Positions 42,894 through 52,837 of a DNA stretch of 64,000 nt are shown one piece after another. The notes under the pieces were generated by a model. That model was given only the letters and a program-made list of their open reading frames with translations. It was not told where the DNA came from and ran no database searches. Positions within the stretch are counted from its first letter, which is position 1. Each line of letters opens with the position of its first letter. A program made the translations under genes and the position numbers. Source of the stretch: an uncultured Verrucomicrobiae bacterium (GTDB lineage Bacteria; Verrucomicrobiota; Verrucomicrobiia; Chthoniobacterales; UBA10450); NCBI GenBank assembly GCA_963815455.1, contig CAWFGO010000003.1, positions 608,001-672,000 on the forward strand, written 5' to 3'.

Positions 42894-43104
42894 ATCCGCG
42901 ATCTGCGCGTCCCCTTCGGCGGGATGAAAGTCAGCGGCGTCGGCCGCGAAGGCGGCACCGAGGCGCTCAATTTCTTCACAGAGGCAGAGAATGTCTGAAT
43001 CGCTAAATAATCTCGCAGACCAGAAGCGCGAAGCTTGTCGCGCCGTAGCCTTGGCGAAGGCAGGCTTCTTCACCGAACCGAAGAACGTCTGCATCGCAAA
43101 GTGA
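42894..43104 (+). pseudogene. Two duplicated 3'-end fragments of the aldehyde dehydrogenase gene
   Basis: 42894-43010 IRDLRVPFGGMKVSGVGREGGTEALNFFTEAENV*IAK*; 43066-43104 FFTEPKNVCIAK*. Confidence 0.9.
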
Positions 43105-43126
43105 TTTCCAATCAATGGAATCTTAT

Positions 43127-43236
43127 CCGCGGATTACGCAAATTTCCGCGGATTAAGAGATGGATTATTTCGAGCGCTAATCAGCGTAAACAGCGAAATA
43201 GAAACTAAATCCGTCTTGATCCGCGCTATCAGCGGT
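43127..43236. repeat. 9-mer-periodic palindromic element
   Basis: ccgcggattacgcaaatttccgcggatt...atcagcgtaaacagcg...atccgcgctatcagcgg. Confidence 0.55.
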
Positions 43237-43249
43237 GCACGGTTGATCC

Positions 43250-43549
43250 ATGTGTCGCAATATCAGAACCCTGCATAATTTTGAGCCGCCGGCGACGGAG
43301 GATGAGATTCGGGCGTCGTCGCTGCAGTTTGTTCGCAAGCTGAGCGGTTTTACGAAACCATCGAAAGCGAACGAGGACGCGTTCAATCGGGCGGTGGACG
43401 AAGTCGCGCACGCGGCGCATCACCTGCTCGATTCGCTCGTGACAAACTCACCGCCGCGCGATCGCGAAACGGAAGCATTGAAGGCGCGGGCACGATCGGC
43501 AAAACGCTTCGGCGCTTCGAACGGACGGGTCGCGCATCACCTTCATTGA
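43250..43549 (+). CDS. DUF2277 protein
   Basis: MCRNIRTLHNFEPPATEDEIRASSLQFVRKLSGF. Confidence 0.9.
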   Translation: MCRNIRTLHNFEPPATEDEIRASSLQFVRKLSGFTKPSKANEDAFNRAVDEVAHAAHHLLDSLVTNSPPRDRETEALKARARSAKRFGASNGRVAHHLH

Positions 43550-43554
43550 AAGGG

Positions 43555-43638
43555 CCACAGATGGGCACAGATTTGCGCAGATCGAAAGGCTTTAAGGCTC
43601 AACTTCTGCATCCGTGTTTAATCCGTGTTAATCTGTGG
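43555..43638. repeat. 9-mer-periodic palindromic element
   Basis: gccacagatgggcacagat...atccgtgttaatctgtggc. Confidence 0.7.
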
Positions 43639-43655
43639 CGGAGAATTTTGGTGAG

Positions 43656-44009
43656 ATGAAGCGATTGTTCGTTGTTACAAGAGTCAGAGGCCGGGCCTGG
43701 GACCCGACCAGAATCATGCGGCTTCAAAAACAGTGGGAAGAGCACGCTTTATTCATGGACGATCTGGCCGACAATCGATTTGTGATCCTGGGCGGGCCGC
43801 TTGATGACGGAGCCAGGACGCTGCTGGTCGTTGATGCGCAGGATGAAGCTGAGATTCGCTCAACTCTGGCGCGCGATCCCTGGAGCAAATCCGGTATTCT
43901 CGACTTGCAATCAATCGAATTATGGACTGTTTTGTTGCAAGCAGGGCCGGGAATCCGGGCCATGCCTTCCCCCGGCCAGGATTTTAACAAGAACGTTCGC
44001 TTCTCTTAG
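43656..44009 (+). CDS. YciI-like protein
   Basis: EHALFM..L....VILGGPL...LARDPW. Confidence 0.75.
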   Translation: MKRLFVVTRVRGRAWDPTRIMRLQKQWEEHALFMDDLADNRFVILGGPLDDGARTLLVVDAQDEAEIRSTLARDPWSKSGILDLQSIELWTVLLQAGPGIRAMPSPGQDFNKNVRFS

Positions 44010-44062
44010 CTGGTTCTTCTCGAGTTCCTCGAGAGAGCGCGGACACCTGAAAGGATCAGGCC

Positions 44063-45100
44063 GTGAAATACTGGGCATTCATCAGCTACAGCCATAAAGA
44101 CACGGGAGTGGCGGACTGGCTTCACAAGAAGCTCGAGACTTATCGCGTCCCGCGCAGTTTGGTCGGCACCCCCAGCCGCGAAGGCGAAGTGCCGCCGCGG
44201 ATCATGCCGATCTTTCGCGATCGCGACGAACTACCGACCTCTTCGGAGTTGGGCGACAATCTGCAAAAATCTCTCCAACAATCGCGTTATCTTATTGTGA
44301 TTTGTTCGCCGGCTTCGGCCCAATCGCGCTGGGTCGAGGAAGAAGTCCGCGCATTCAAAAAAGAGAAGGGGCGGGACCGCGTCATCGCTCTCATCGCCGC
44401 GGGCGTTCCGAATGCGAGCGATCGCTCCGATCCCGACAACGAATGTTTCCCGCACAGCATGCGCTTCGATGTCGATGACACCGTTCGAGTCGAGCCGATC
44501 GCGGCCGATATTCGCCCCGAAGGCGACGGCCGGCAGCGCGCCTTCCTGAAAATCGTGGCCGGCGTCCTCGGGGTCGGGTTCGACGATCTTTATCAGCGGG
44601 AAAAACGCCGCGAGAACCGGCGCAAAATGGTCGTCGGCGCGCTGGCCGCGGCCGGCCTGCTGCTCATCGCCGGGATTTATGCGTCGATTGCCCATCTGGG
44701 CAAATCGCAAAAACAGATGCAACGGGAAATGGTCGATGTCCGCAAAGACGCCTCCATCGCGACCACCGATTATCAGGATATTCGCCCGAAACAGAAAGAG
44801 GCGGAGAATCGGATCCGGGCCGCCGCCCAGCGGGCAAGCGAAGCGCTCGACGCGCTGGTTCAAGCCCGAAAAACTCACCAGCCGACCAGCGATTACCAAC
44901 TCGCCTACGAAAATGCGACTGCGGCGGTGATTGCGGTCAACAAAGAGGCCCATTCCGCCGATGAGTCGATCTTTGCCGCCGAACTGTCGAAGCCGCTCAA
45001 CGATCGATTGGTCGCCGAAGGGAAGGAATACGGCGACGAACTGACCCGGCGCGCGCTGGGCAAAGTGAAAGAGGCAAAGGACGCCGCCCGGCGGCGCTAG
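44063..45100 (+). CDS. TIR-domain protein with a TM helix and helical C-terminus
   Basis: AFISYSHKD, IFRDRDEL, LIVICSP.SAQSRWVEEEV. Confidence 0.85.
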   Translation: MKYWAFISYSHKDTGVADWLHKKLETYRVPRSLVGTPSREGEVPPRIMPIFRDRDELPTSSELGDNLQKSLQQSRYLIVICSPASAQSRWVEEEVRAFKKEKGRDRVIALIAAGVPNASDRSDPDNECFPHSMRFDVDDTVRVEPIAADIRPEGDGRQRAFLKIVAGVLGVGFDDLYQREKRRENRRKMVVGALAAAGLLLIAGIYASIAHLGKSQKQMQREMVDVRKDASIATTDYQDIRPKQKEAENRIRAAAQRASEALDALVQARKTHQPTSDYQLAYENATAAVIAVNKEAHSADESIFAAELSKPLNDRLVAEGKEYGDELTRRALGKVKEAKDAARRR

Positions 45101-45163
45101 AATCCCGAAGGCTTGCAATCACGGTTCGGAACCGCCTAGACTGCCGTCTCTAATTGATATCCG

Positions 45164-45550
45164 ATGGGAGCGCAAAATACTCTCTGCTGGGCCGATATCC
45201 CGGTGACCAATCTCGATCGGGCGATCAAGTTCTACTCCGCCGTGCTCGGCAGCGAGGTGCAGAAAATGTCCGAAGGCGGACTGGAATACGGACTTCTGCC
45301 GCACGAAGAACAGAACGCTTCGGCTTGTTTGTGTGTTCGGGGAGACAGCGGAGGTATCAAGAATGAGCCGGCGCAGAGCGGGCCCCTTGTTTATCTCCTG
45401 GTGGAGGGGCGCCTGGATGAAGCCGTGACGGCCGTGAAGGCAAACGGGGGCAAGGTTTTGGACGAGCGTCAACAGATCGGGCCGCACGGTTTTCGCTCCC
45501 TCATTATCGACTCGGAGGGGAACCGGATCGCGCTGCATACATCCGGGTAA
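45164..45550 (+). CDS. VOC/glyoxalase family protein
   Basis: IPVTNLDRAIKFY...GGKV...DSEGNRIALH. Confidence 0.9.
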   Translation: MGAQNTLCWADIPVTNLDRAIKFYSAVLGSEVQKMSEGGLEYGLLPHEEQNASACLCVRGDSGGIKNEPAQSGPLVYLLVEGRLDEAVTAVKANGGKVLDERQQIGPHGFRSLIIDSEGNRIALHTSG

Positions 45551-45602
45551 CGGGCCGGGCGAGATTCTACAGTTTACCCGCTGTGGCGGGAGCCGGCCAA
45601 AT

Positions 45603-45738
45603 TCTGGGGAGCGCAGGCTGCCAGCCTGCAGTTTCCGGCAGCTTGCCGGAAACATTTCACAGATGCGACGGGATGAATCGCAAAAGCTGTCTCGGCAGGC
45701 TGCCGAGACCCACAGGCTGGCAGCCTGTGCTCCCCAGA
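45603..45738. repeat. Palindromic REPIN/MITE-like element, CTGGGGAGCGC family
   Basis: Arms near-identical to 15518-15672; between convergent genes. Confidence 0.9.
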
Positions 45739-45744
45739 TTCAGA

Positions 45745-47100
45745 TCATCGCGCGAACGCGAATTTGTAAACCAGCCCGAGCAGGCCGCTCCCAATTACAA
45801 CCGGCACAATATCCCATTTCCAGCGCAGCATCCCGACAAAAGCGATTGCGCATACCGCGCCAGCGAACCAATCGATGTTCCCGCTCGATGGAAAAATCAC
45901 GTGCACACCAAACCAGATCGCCAAATTCAGTATGACTCCGACGACTGCGGCCGTGACGGCAGATAAAGCTGAAGTAAGTCGCTCGTTTCGGCGCAATCTC
46001 TCGATGTAAGGCGCGCCGAGAAAAATCCAAAGAAAACAGGGCACGAATGTGGTCCAGGTCGTGATCAAGGCGCCGAGCGTGGCCGCGGCGAGCGGCGGCA
46101 GATTTCCCGGATGATTCCATCCGCCGAGAAAGCCGACAAACTGCAACACCATAATCAGCGGGCCAGGGGTTGTTTCGGCCAGCCCGAGGCCGTCGAGCAT
46201 TTCGCCGTGCCCCAGCCAGTGATAATTTCCAACCGCTTGTTGGGAGACATACGGCAACACTGCGTAGGCCCCGCCGAATGTTACCATCGCAGCCTTGCTG
46301 AAAAAGATGCCTTCGCGAAAAATTGCGTGCTGCTGCCCGAGAAAGATTCCGGCCAGCAATACCGGTGTCCACCAGAGCAAGATCGACAATGTAAAGATCT
46401 TCAGGGATCGCGCGATTGACGGGGCCGGCTGCGGCGAAAGATCCACGTTCTCCGACGATGTCGATCCTGTACCGTGATCGCCGCTGCCGGAAAAATATTG
46501 CCGAAGAAATTTGCCCCCGAGCAATCCCAATCCGCCGGCAGCGACAACGATCAATGGAAACGGCGCGTGGAAGAAATAAATGGCGATGAAAGCCGCGGCG
46601 GCAATCAGCCACATCACTGAGTTTTGCAACGCGCGCCGGCCCAGCCTGATCACGGCCGCGGCCACGATCGCCAGGACAGCCGGTTTCAATCCGTAAAAGA
46701 TCGCCGCGATCCAGGGAAGATTTCCGTAGGCGACATAAACGTAACTGAGCGCCCAGAGAATGAAGATCGACGGAATGACAAACAACGCGCCGGCGACGAT
46801 CCCGCCCCGGGTTTTATGCAGGAGCCAGCCGCAGTACGTCGCCAGTTGTTGCGCCTCCGGGCCGGGAAGCAGCATGCAAAAATTCAAGGCGTGAAGAAAA
46901 CGCTCGTTGCTGATCCACTTTTTCTTCTCGACCAGTTCGCTGTGCATAATGGCGATCTGGCCGCTCGGTCCGCCGAAACTGATGAACCCGAATTTAAGCC
47001 AGAATCGCACCGCTTCCGAAAACGGCACCTGTTCGCCACGGCAAATCCGTCCCTGGGCGGATCGATCCTGGCGATTGGAGCTGAGCATTTCGTCGGACAT
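45745..47100 (-). CDS. chrA: Chromate efflux transporter
   Basis: SFGGPSGQIA, LLPGPEAQQ, TFGGAYAV, ETTPGP. Confidence 0.93.
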   Translation of the reverse strand: MSDEMLSSNRQDRSAQGRICRGEQVPFSEAVRFWLKFGFISFGGPSGQIAIMHSELVEKKKWISNERFLHALNFCMLLPGPEAQQLATYCGWLLHKTRGGIVAGALFVIPSIFILWALSYVYVAYGNLPWIAAIFYGLKPAVLAIVAAAVIRLGRRALQNSVMWLIAAAAFIAIYFFHAPFPLIVVAAGGLGLLGGKFLRQYFSGSGDHGTGSTSSENVDLSPQPAPSIARSLKIFTLSILLWWTPVLLAGIFLGQQHAIFREGIFFSKAAMVTFGGAYAVLPYVSQQAVGNYHWLGHGEMLDGLGLAETTPGPLIMVLQFVGFLGGWNHPGNLPPLAAATLGALITTWTTFVPCFLWIFLGAPYIERLRRNERLTSALSAVTAAVVGVILNLAIWFGVHVIFPSSGNIDWFAGAVCAIAFVGMLRWKWDIVPVVIGSGLLGLVYKFAFAR

Positions 47101-47183
47101 CAGACGCGAGTGTGCGAACAAGATCGACTATCCGCTTCTTGTTCCATTAAATGAAGGACACAGTTTCAACTCTTCGTTGAAGA

Positions 47184-48536
47184 ATGCGTGCCCGGCGCCA
47201 GAAAGCGATTACCGAATACCACGACTTGCTCGCGGCCGATGAAGCGCTTTGCCCGGCTGTGTTCGACAAACTCCGGAGCGGCATGGCGGCAAATCGGCTT
47301 CTCTACGGCGAACGGCCCATCGGTGTTTCCCTTCGGCCACATCTCCTGGATGCGAATCAATTCGCCAGCCTGGTTCATGCCGCCGAATCGATCGCCAGCG
47401 CCTCGGAGAAAGTTGCCACCGCGCTCGTGCAATCTCCGGTGTTGCTCGACCGGGTCGGGCTGACCGAAGCCGAAAGAAAACTGGCGCAGATCGATCCTGG
47501 TTTTTCCACCGCTGCTATCACGACCAGGCTGGATGCTTTCGTGCACGGCGACGAAATCAAGTTTGTCGAATATAACGCCGAGAATCCTTCCAGTCTTTCG
47601 GATCAGGAGGGGTTGAACCGGTTGATGTTCGAAGTGAGCGCGATGGAGACCTTTGCCCAGCGATATCGTCTTCGCCAATTTTCACCGGTCGAAAAGCTGC
47701 TGGCCACGCTCCTGGCAACCTATGCCGAATGGGGCGGCACCGGCGCGCCGAACATCGCCATTTTGGACTGGGAAAACCTCCCTACGTCCCATGAATTCGT
47801 TTTGCTCCGAAATCACTTCGCCACGCACGGTGTGCGGACCATCATCTGTTCGCCGGACAACCTGGAATATCGCGATCATCGGCTCCGGTGCGGCGATTTT
47901 GAAATTGATCTCGTTTACAAACGCATCCTGATCCACGAATTCCTCGGCCGATTTGATGATACCCATCCCCTCACCCGCGCCTATGTGGCACACGATGTCT
48001 GCCTGGTGAATCCGTTCCGCTGCAAAATCATGCACAAAAAGGCCTTGTTCGAGCTGCTGACCGACGATGAGAACAAGAATTGGTTTACCAGCAGAGAGCA
48101 GGAAGTGATTCGTCGCTCGGTGCCGTGGACCCGGCGGGTGGCAGATCGGCGAACAACACGCGAGGGCCGCACGATTAATCTGCTCGATTTCATCCGGAAG
48201 AATCGCGCGCGCCTCGTCCTGAAACCAAACGATGATTACGGCGGTCATGGACTTTACCTTGGACCGCGCCTGGAAGAGCGCGCCTGGGACGAAGCAATCC
48301 AGACTGCGCTCGCGGGAGATTACGTTGTGCAGGACGCGATTAATCTGCGCACCGAGGAGTTCCCGATTTTCGGCGAGACCGACTGGAGCTTGCAGCCGAT
48401 GTTCGTTGACACAAATCCATTCCTTTTCCGCGGCAAAGTGTGCGGCGCCATGGTTCGCTTGTCCGACTCGCCAATTGTTAATGTCACTTCCGGTGGCGGC
48501 GAAACGGGGTTCTTCGTCATCGAGGACGAACCGTGA
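47184..48536 (+). CDS. Circularly permuted ATP-grasp (glutathionylspermidine synthase-like) ligase
   Basis: [40 protein letters not shown]. Confidence 0.8.
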   Translation: MRARRQKAITEYHDLLAADEALCPAVFDKLRSGMAANRLLYGERPIGVSLRPHLLDANQFASLVHAAESIASASEKVATALVQSPVLLDRVGLTEAERKLAQIDPGFSTAAITTRLDAFVHGDEIKFVEYNAENPSSLSDQEGLNRLMFEVSAMETFAQRYRLRQFSPVEKLLATLLATYAEWGGTGAPNIAILDWENLPTSHEFVLLRNHFATHGVRTIICSPDNLEYRDHRLRCGDFEIDLVYKRILIHEFLGRFDDTHPLTRAYVAHDVCLVNPFRCKIMHKKALFELLTDDENKNWFTSREQEVIRRSVPWTRRVADRRTTREGRTINLLDFIRKNRARLVLKPNDDYGGHGLYLGPRLEERAWDEAIQTALAGDYVVQDAINLRTEEFPIFGETDWSLQPMFVDTNPFLFRGKVCGAMVRLSDSPIVNVTSGGGETGFFVIEDEP

Positions 48537-48618
48537 GCAAGCTGGCGCGAATCGCATAAAAACTTCGTGCGCGCGACAAAGCAAAACTGATACAACTTCG
48601 TATCAGAAACGAGAAGCC

Positions 48619-49920
48619 ATGCCACAGGATGACAACCGCCCGCCCGGCAACGCGGAAGCGCAAAGCCGACCACGAGGTGATCGCTGGTTAGCGCGGGTGG
48701 CAGATTTTTTCGGTATCAAACGCAACCTGGCAATTCTGCTCATCGCCATCTTCGTCATCGGCACGGGTGAAGAACTTTGGATGCGTTTCGTGCCGATTTA
48801 TCTCAAGACCTTGGGCGCAGGGTTTCTTGTGATTGGTCTTTACGACGGATTGCGCACGTTGCTGGGGGCGATTTACGCCTACCCGGGCGGCGTGGTGGTC
48901 GATCGTTGGGGACACCGGCGTGCGTTTCTCGCGTTCAACATTGTATCGATTGTCGGTTACGCGCTCGTTCTGATCGTCCCGCAGTGGGGCGCGGTAATCG
49001 CCGGCATGTTCCTGTTTCTATCGTGGACCTGCTTTTCTCTTCCGGCCACACTTTCTCTGGTCGGCGCAACGCTCTCCGCCGATCGGCACTCGATGGGGAT
49101 CGGCGTGCAAATGGTGATCAGGCGGTTGCCCATCATGATCGCACCGTTCTTTGGCGGAATGTTGATCGACCAGTTCGGAATTGTTCTCGGCGTGCGGATC
49201 GCATTGACCGTGTCGATCCTGCTCTCGGTAGGAACGATTTTCGTGCAACGCCGGCTACAGGACGAACCAGTGCTGGAAACGGAAAAGAAAGAGCGCTGGA
49301 GTTTTTGGCAAAGTTTGCGCGGATTCAACGAACCGCTGCGCAATCTGCTCTTGAGCGATATTCTGGTCCGGTTCTGCGAGCGTCTCCCGTTCGCCTGGGT
49401 GGTGATCTTCGCGATGGATTACATCGGCATGACCGGGAAACAAGTGGGCATACTGATCGCGGTGGAAATGGCGGCGGCAACATTGTGCATCATTCCGACT
49501 TCTTATTTTGCCGACAAGTGGCAGCGCGAGCCGTTCGTCATAGCCACGTTTGTCATGTTCACCCTTTTCCCGATCTGGCTGCTCATGTCGCGCAGCTTCA
49601 CAATGCTCGCCGTCGCGTTCGCTATTCGCGGGCTTAAGGAATTCGGCGATACCTCGCGGAAGGCACTCATCATTGGATATTGCGACCCGGAGCGGCGAGG
49701 ACAAATGGTCGGCACGTATTATTTGGTGCGCGATTTGATTGTGAGCGTCGGCGCAATTGCAGGCGCGTATCTTTGGTATCTGGGACCGCGTCTCAATTTT
49801 CTCGGCGCCGCTGCGTTCGGCGTGGCTGGCACCATCATTTATATGCGCAGTGTCCGGCAGGCGCGCGCCTCCGCGCCCCCGGTGATTCTTTTTTACGGCC
49901 GGAAACCGCCGAAGAGCTAA
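48619..49920 (+). CDS. MFS transporter
   Basis: GGVVVDRWGHRR motif A; about 12 TM helices. Confidence 0.9.
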   Translation: MPQDDNRPPGNAEAQSRPRGDRWLARVADFFGIKRNLAILLIAIFVIGTGEELWMRFVPIYLKTLGAGFLVIGLYDGLRTLLGAIYAYPGGVVVDRWGHRRAFLAFNIVSIVGYALVLIVPQWGAVIAGMFLFLSWTCFSLPATLSLVGATLSADRHSMGIGVQMVIRRLPIMIAPFFGGMLIDQFGIVLGVRIALTVSILLSVGTIFVQRRLQDEPVLETEKKERWSFWQSLRGFNEPLRNLLLSDILVRFCERLPFAWVVIFAMDYIGMTGKQVGILIAVEMAAATLCIIPTSYFADKWQREPFVIATFVMFTLFPIWLLMSRSFTMLAVAFAIRGLKEFGDTSRKALIIGYCDPERRGQMVGTYYLVRDLIVSVGAIAGAYLWYLGPRLNFLGAAAFGVAGTIIYMRSVRQARASAPPVILFYGRKPPKS

Positions 49921-49928
49921 GGCAATAA

Positions 49929-50097
49929 CCACGGATTTGTATCCCGCAGATCTCAACCGCTGCCTCGCGGCTTTACCGGCCATGTCGCAACTGCCCCGTT
50001 GCTCCATTCGCGGATAACACGGATGGAAACGCTGCGTTATTGTCAAAAGCATCTCGATCCTTTATTTTGACCAACGAAATCCGTGTAATCCGCGGTT
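49929..50097. repeat. 9-mer-periodic palindromic element
   Basis: accacggat...cgcggataacacggat / atccgtgtaatccgcggt. Confidence 0.55.
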
Positions 50098-50105
50098 CTG
50101 ACGCC

Positions 50106-50459
50106 ATGTCCCTTCCTCTGTTTCGCATTGCCGCAGCGCTCTGTTTCCTGGCGGTCGCGCTCGGCGCGTTCGGCGCGCACGCCTTAAGATCGACAATTGA
50201 AAGCCACGGACTGCTCGATGCCTGGAACAAGGCGGTGCTTTATCATTTTGTGCACGCCATTGCGCTATTCGCGCTGGCGCTGGCCGGCGCAACGAATCGG
50301 ACCGCATGGTGGCTGCTTTTCGCCGGGATTTTTCTTTTCAGCGGCAGCCTTTACCTGATGGCGTTGACAAATCTGCGCTGGCTCGGCGCGGTCACTCCAC
50401 TGGGCGGCCTCTGTTTCCTGGCCGGCTGGGCCTGGCTCGTTGTCGCGCCGCGATCGTAA
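50106..50459 (+). CDS. DUF423 (YgdD/TMEM256) membrane protein
   Basis: GAFGAHAL, YHFVHA, FSGSLY, TPLGG. Confidence 0.92.
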   Translation: MSLPLFRIAAALCFLAVALGAFGAHALRSTIESHGLLDAWNKAVLYHFVHAIALFALALAGATNRTAWWLLFAGIFLFSGSLYLMALTNLRWLGAVTPLGGLCFLAGWAWLVVAPRS

Positions 50460-50517
50460 CGGCATCCGCTACAGAACATTGTTTCGGCCCGGTGCTTTTT
50501 TGATATACTAGGCACCA

Positions 50518-52032
50518 ATGTTCGACTGGCTCAACTTGCTTGACGAGACCCAACGGGCAATCGCTGCCGTGGTCGTGTTCTTCGCGACGTTTCTCGTCAC
50601 GCTGATGATCGGGCGTTTGCTGAAGCGGCGCGCGGGCGTTCAACTGGGCCTTTTATTCCGGTTCTTCTGTCTCGCGCTCGCTTTGTACGCAGCGATGTGG
50701 GTGTTTGGTGCGCCGCTCGAATTTCGTAATCACGTAGGCGCAGCGATCGCGCTTCTGAGCACCGTCGTCGTGGTCGCGCTGGTGAATCGCTACATCTGGG
50801 ATCTTTATTTCGAAAAGAAAAAACAAGTCCCAATTCCCCATTTTCCGCGCCAGTTGGTGGCCCTGCTCATTTTTCTCATCGCGGTACTGGCGATCCTTCG
50901 CTACGGGTATCACGCCGAGCGATGGTTAACCGGTCTGCTGGCGGGATCGGGCATCGTTGCGATCATTCTGGGTTTGGCCGGGCAAAACCTGCTTGGCGGA
51001 ATCATTGCCGGCGTGTCGTTGCAGCTGAATCGCCCATACAAAGTGGGCGATTGGTTGCAGGTCGGAGAAAGATTCGCCGAGGTCATGGAGATCAACTGGC
51101 GCTCCACCCGGCTCCGAACCAATGACGCGATCTATCTCGACATCCCGAACAACGAGATCGTCAAGCAAACCATCATCAACCTCCATTATCCCACGGAGGT
51201 CCACGCCATGCGGATCCGCATCGGGCTGGAGTATCACGTGCCGCCGAATCTGGCAAAGGAAGCACTCACTCGAGCGGCCCAGTCCGCGAATGGCGTCCTG
51301 TCTCATCCCCCGGTAAGGATCTTTCTGGTCGATTTCGCCGATTTCGCGGTCATTTACGAGATCAAGTTTTACATGGGTAATCATGCCCGGATTAACCAGG
51401 TCAATGATGCCGTGCGCACCAATGTCTGGTACGAACTCAAGCGGCAACGGCTCACCGTCCCCTTCCCGATTCGCACGTTGCATTTGCAGCGCCGCACCGG
51501 GCGGCCCGCCGAGGAAGGCCAGGACGAAGCACGCCAAATCCTGCGCGGCGAACCGATTTTCGAATGTCTCACCGACGCGCAGCTCGATAATCTGGTGCAG
51601 CAGGCCCGCCTCAATCACTTCGGGCACGGCGAACGCGTGATCGAGGAAGGCGCCGAGGGCGATTCGATGTTTATTCTCCTGCGCGGAACAGCAAATGTTT
51701 CCGTCGCGAAAAATGGCGCCAGGATTGGCGTCGCCACTTTGGGCGCAGGCGATTGCTTCGGCGAAATGTCGTTGTTAACCGGCGAGAAACGCAGCGCCAC
51801 CGTGCAAGCCGATGGCGATTGTTACGTGATGGAGATCGGCAAGCCGGTCCTGGCCGAAGTGATTCGTGATGCGCCCGAATGTCTCGAACAACTCAGCGAT
51901 CTGCTGGCCAAACGCAAAATGCAGACCGATGACATCGTGAAAGAAGTCGTCTCCAAGGAACAGACCGCCACTAAACAACGCGAGTACCAGGCCAATTTCT
52001 TGAGACGCCTCAAGACGTTTTTTGAATTGTAG
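50518..52032 (+). CDS. MscS mechanosensitive channel with a C-terminal cNMP-binding domain
   Basis: PYKVGDW, INWRST, IPFP-like VPFP, FGEMSLLTGEKRSATV. Confidence 0.92.
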   Translation: MFDWLNLLDETQRAIAAVVVFFATFLVTLMIGRLLKRRAGVQLGLLFRFFCLALALYAAMWVFGAPLEFRNHVGAAIALLSTVVVVALVNRYIWDLYFEKKKQVPIPHFPRQLVALLIFLIAVLAILRYGYHAERWLTGLLAGSGIVAIILGLAGQNLLGGIIAGVSLQLNRPYKVGDWLQVGERFAEVMEINWRSTRLRTNDAIYLDIPNNEIVKQTIINLHYPTEVHAMRIRIGLEYHVPPNLAKEALTRAAQSANGVLSHPPVRIFLVDFADFAVIYEIKFYMGNHARINQVNDAVRTNVWYELKRQRLTVPFPIRTLHLQRRTGRPAEEGQDEARQILRGEPIFECLTDAQLDNLVQQARLNHFGHGERVIEEGAEGDSMFILLRGTANVSVAKNGARIGVATLGAGDCFGEMSLLTGEKRSATVQADGDCYVMEIGKPVLAEVIRDAPECLEQLSDLLAKRKMQTDDIVKEVVSKEQTATKQREYQANFLRRLKTFFEL

Positions 52033-52125
52033 CGGTCGAACCAGCAACGGGCACGAATTCAGGTGGGACGCGTTTCGGCCGGCTGGGCAACGAATACCGG
52101 GCCAGTGACCAGCAACGGTTACAGG

Positions 52126-52335
52126 CTACAACCTGGCAGATCGGGCCCGCCGGCGTGGTGATTTGGAAACGGTGACCGCGGTGGGGCGACCGGCTTTCTC
52201 GGGCGAACCGCCGGATTTTTTTTGCAACCGGGCCATTTCGCGATCGATCTCCTGAATTTGCGACATGAGCGCTTCCTTGCGCTCGGTCAGTTTGACGAGC
52301 TGGCGGAGCGTCGCGCTCGGAATGTTGGTCACCAT
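52126..52335 (-). CDS. Small basic coiled-coil protein
   Basis: MVTNIPSATLRQLVKLTERKEALMSQIQEIDREM; Arg-rich tail. Confidence 0.55.
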   Translation of the reverse strand: MVTNIPSATLRQLVKLTERKEALMSQIQEIDREMARLQKKSGGSPEKAGRPTAVTVSKSPRRRARSARL

Positions 52336-52377
52336 TTCCCTATCTTCACGCGCAGGATCGACAATGCAACTTCCGGC

Positions 52378-52480
52378 GTCATGTCGAGCGGAGGAACAGC
52401 TTGCCCGCCGTGGCGGGAGACATCCTGTTGCGGAAACATCAGGTAACTTCGCGGGATCCCTCGACTCCGCTCGGGATGAC
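52378..52480. repeat. GTCAT...ATGAC palindromic element with a nested insert
   Basis: gtcatgtcgagcggag[gaacagcttgcccgccgtggcgg]gagacatcc...ctcgactccgctcgggatgac. Confidence 0.75.
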
Positions 52481-52490
52481 ACGCGTGCCT

Positions 52491-52835
52491 TTACGCTTCT
52501 AATTCGCGGGTTTTGGAGAGGGCGGCGGCTAGACCGAGGCCGGTTATCAAGAGGCCGGTGGCAAGCGCGAGCGCGAAGATCCAAAGCACCGGCAGAATTG
52601 CCACGCGCTCGAACATCACCGCGATGAAACGTCCGTCATCGGAGAGGACATAGGCGAGCGCGCTGCCGAGCAGAGTGATCCCGAGAAGAATGATCGCGCG
52701 TAGCGATTCGCGACGCGCCCGTGGCGGCGGCAGTTTTTGCAAGACCCGCGCAGTGAACCCGGCGTCGTCGATATACGGCGCGGCCTCGCGAAGTTGTCGA
52801 TCGAGCAAATCTTCCTGGTTCACTTCTTCCATCAT
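52491..52835 (-). CDS. Putative membrane anti-sigma factor (DUF5056-like)
   Basis: YIDDAGFTARVLQKLP followed by 2 TM; directly downstream of the ECF sigma. Confidence 0.75.
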   Translation of the reverse strand: MMEEVNQEDLLDRQLREAAPYIDDAGFTARVLQKLPPPRARRESLRAIILLGITLLGSALAYVLSDDGRFIAVMFERVAILPVLWIFALALATGLLITGLGLAAALSKTRELEA

Positions 52836-52837
52836 AA

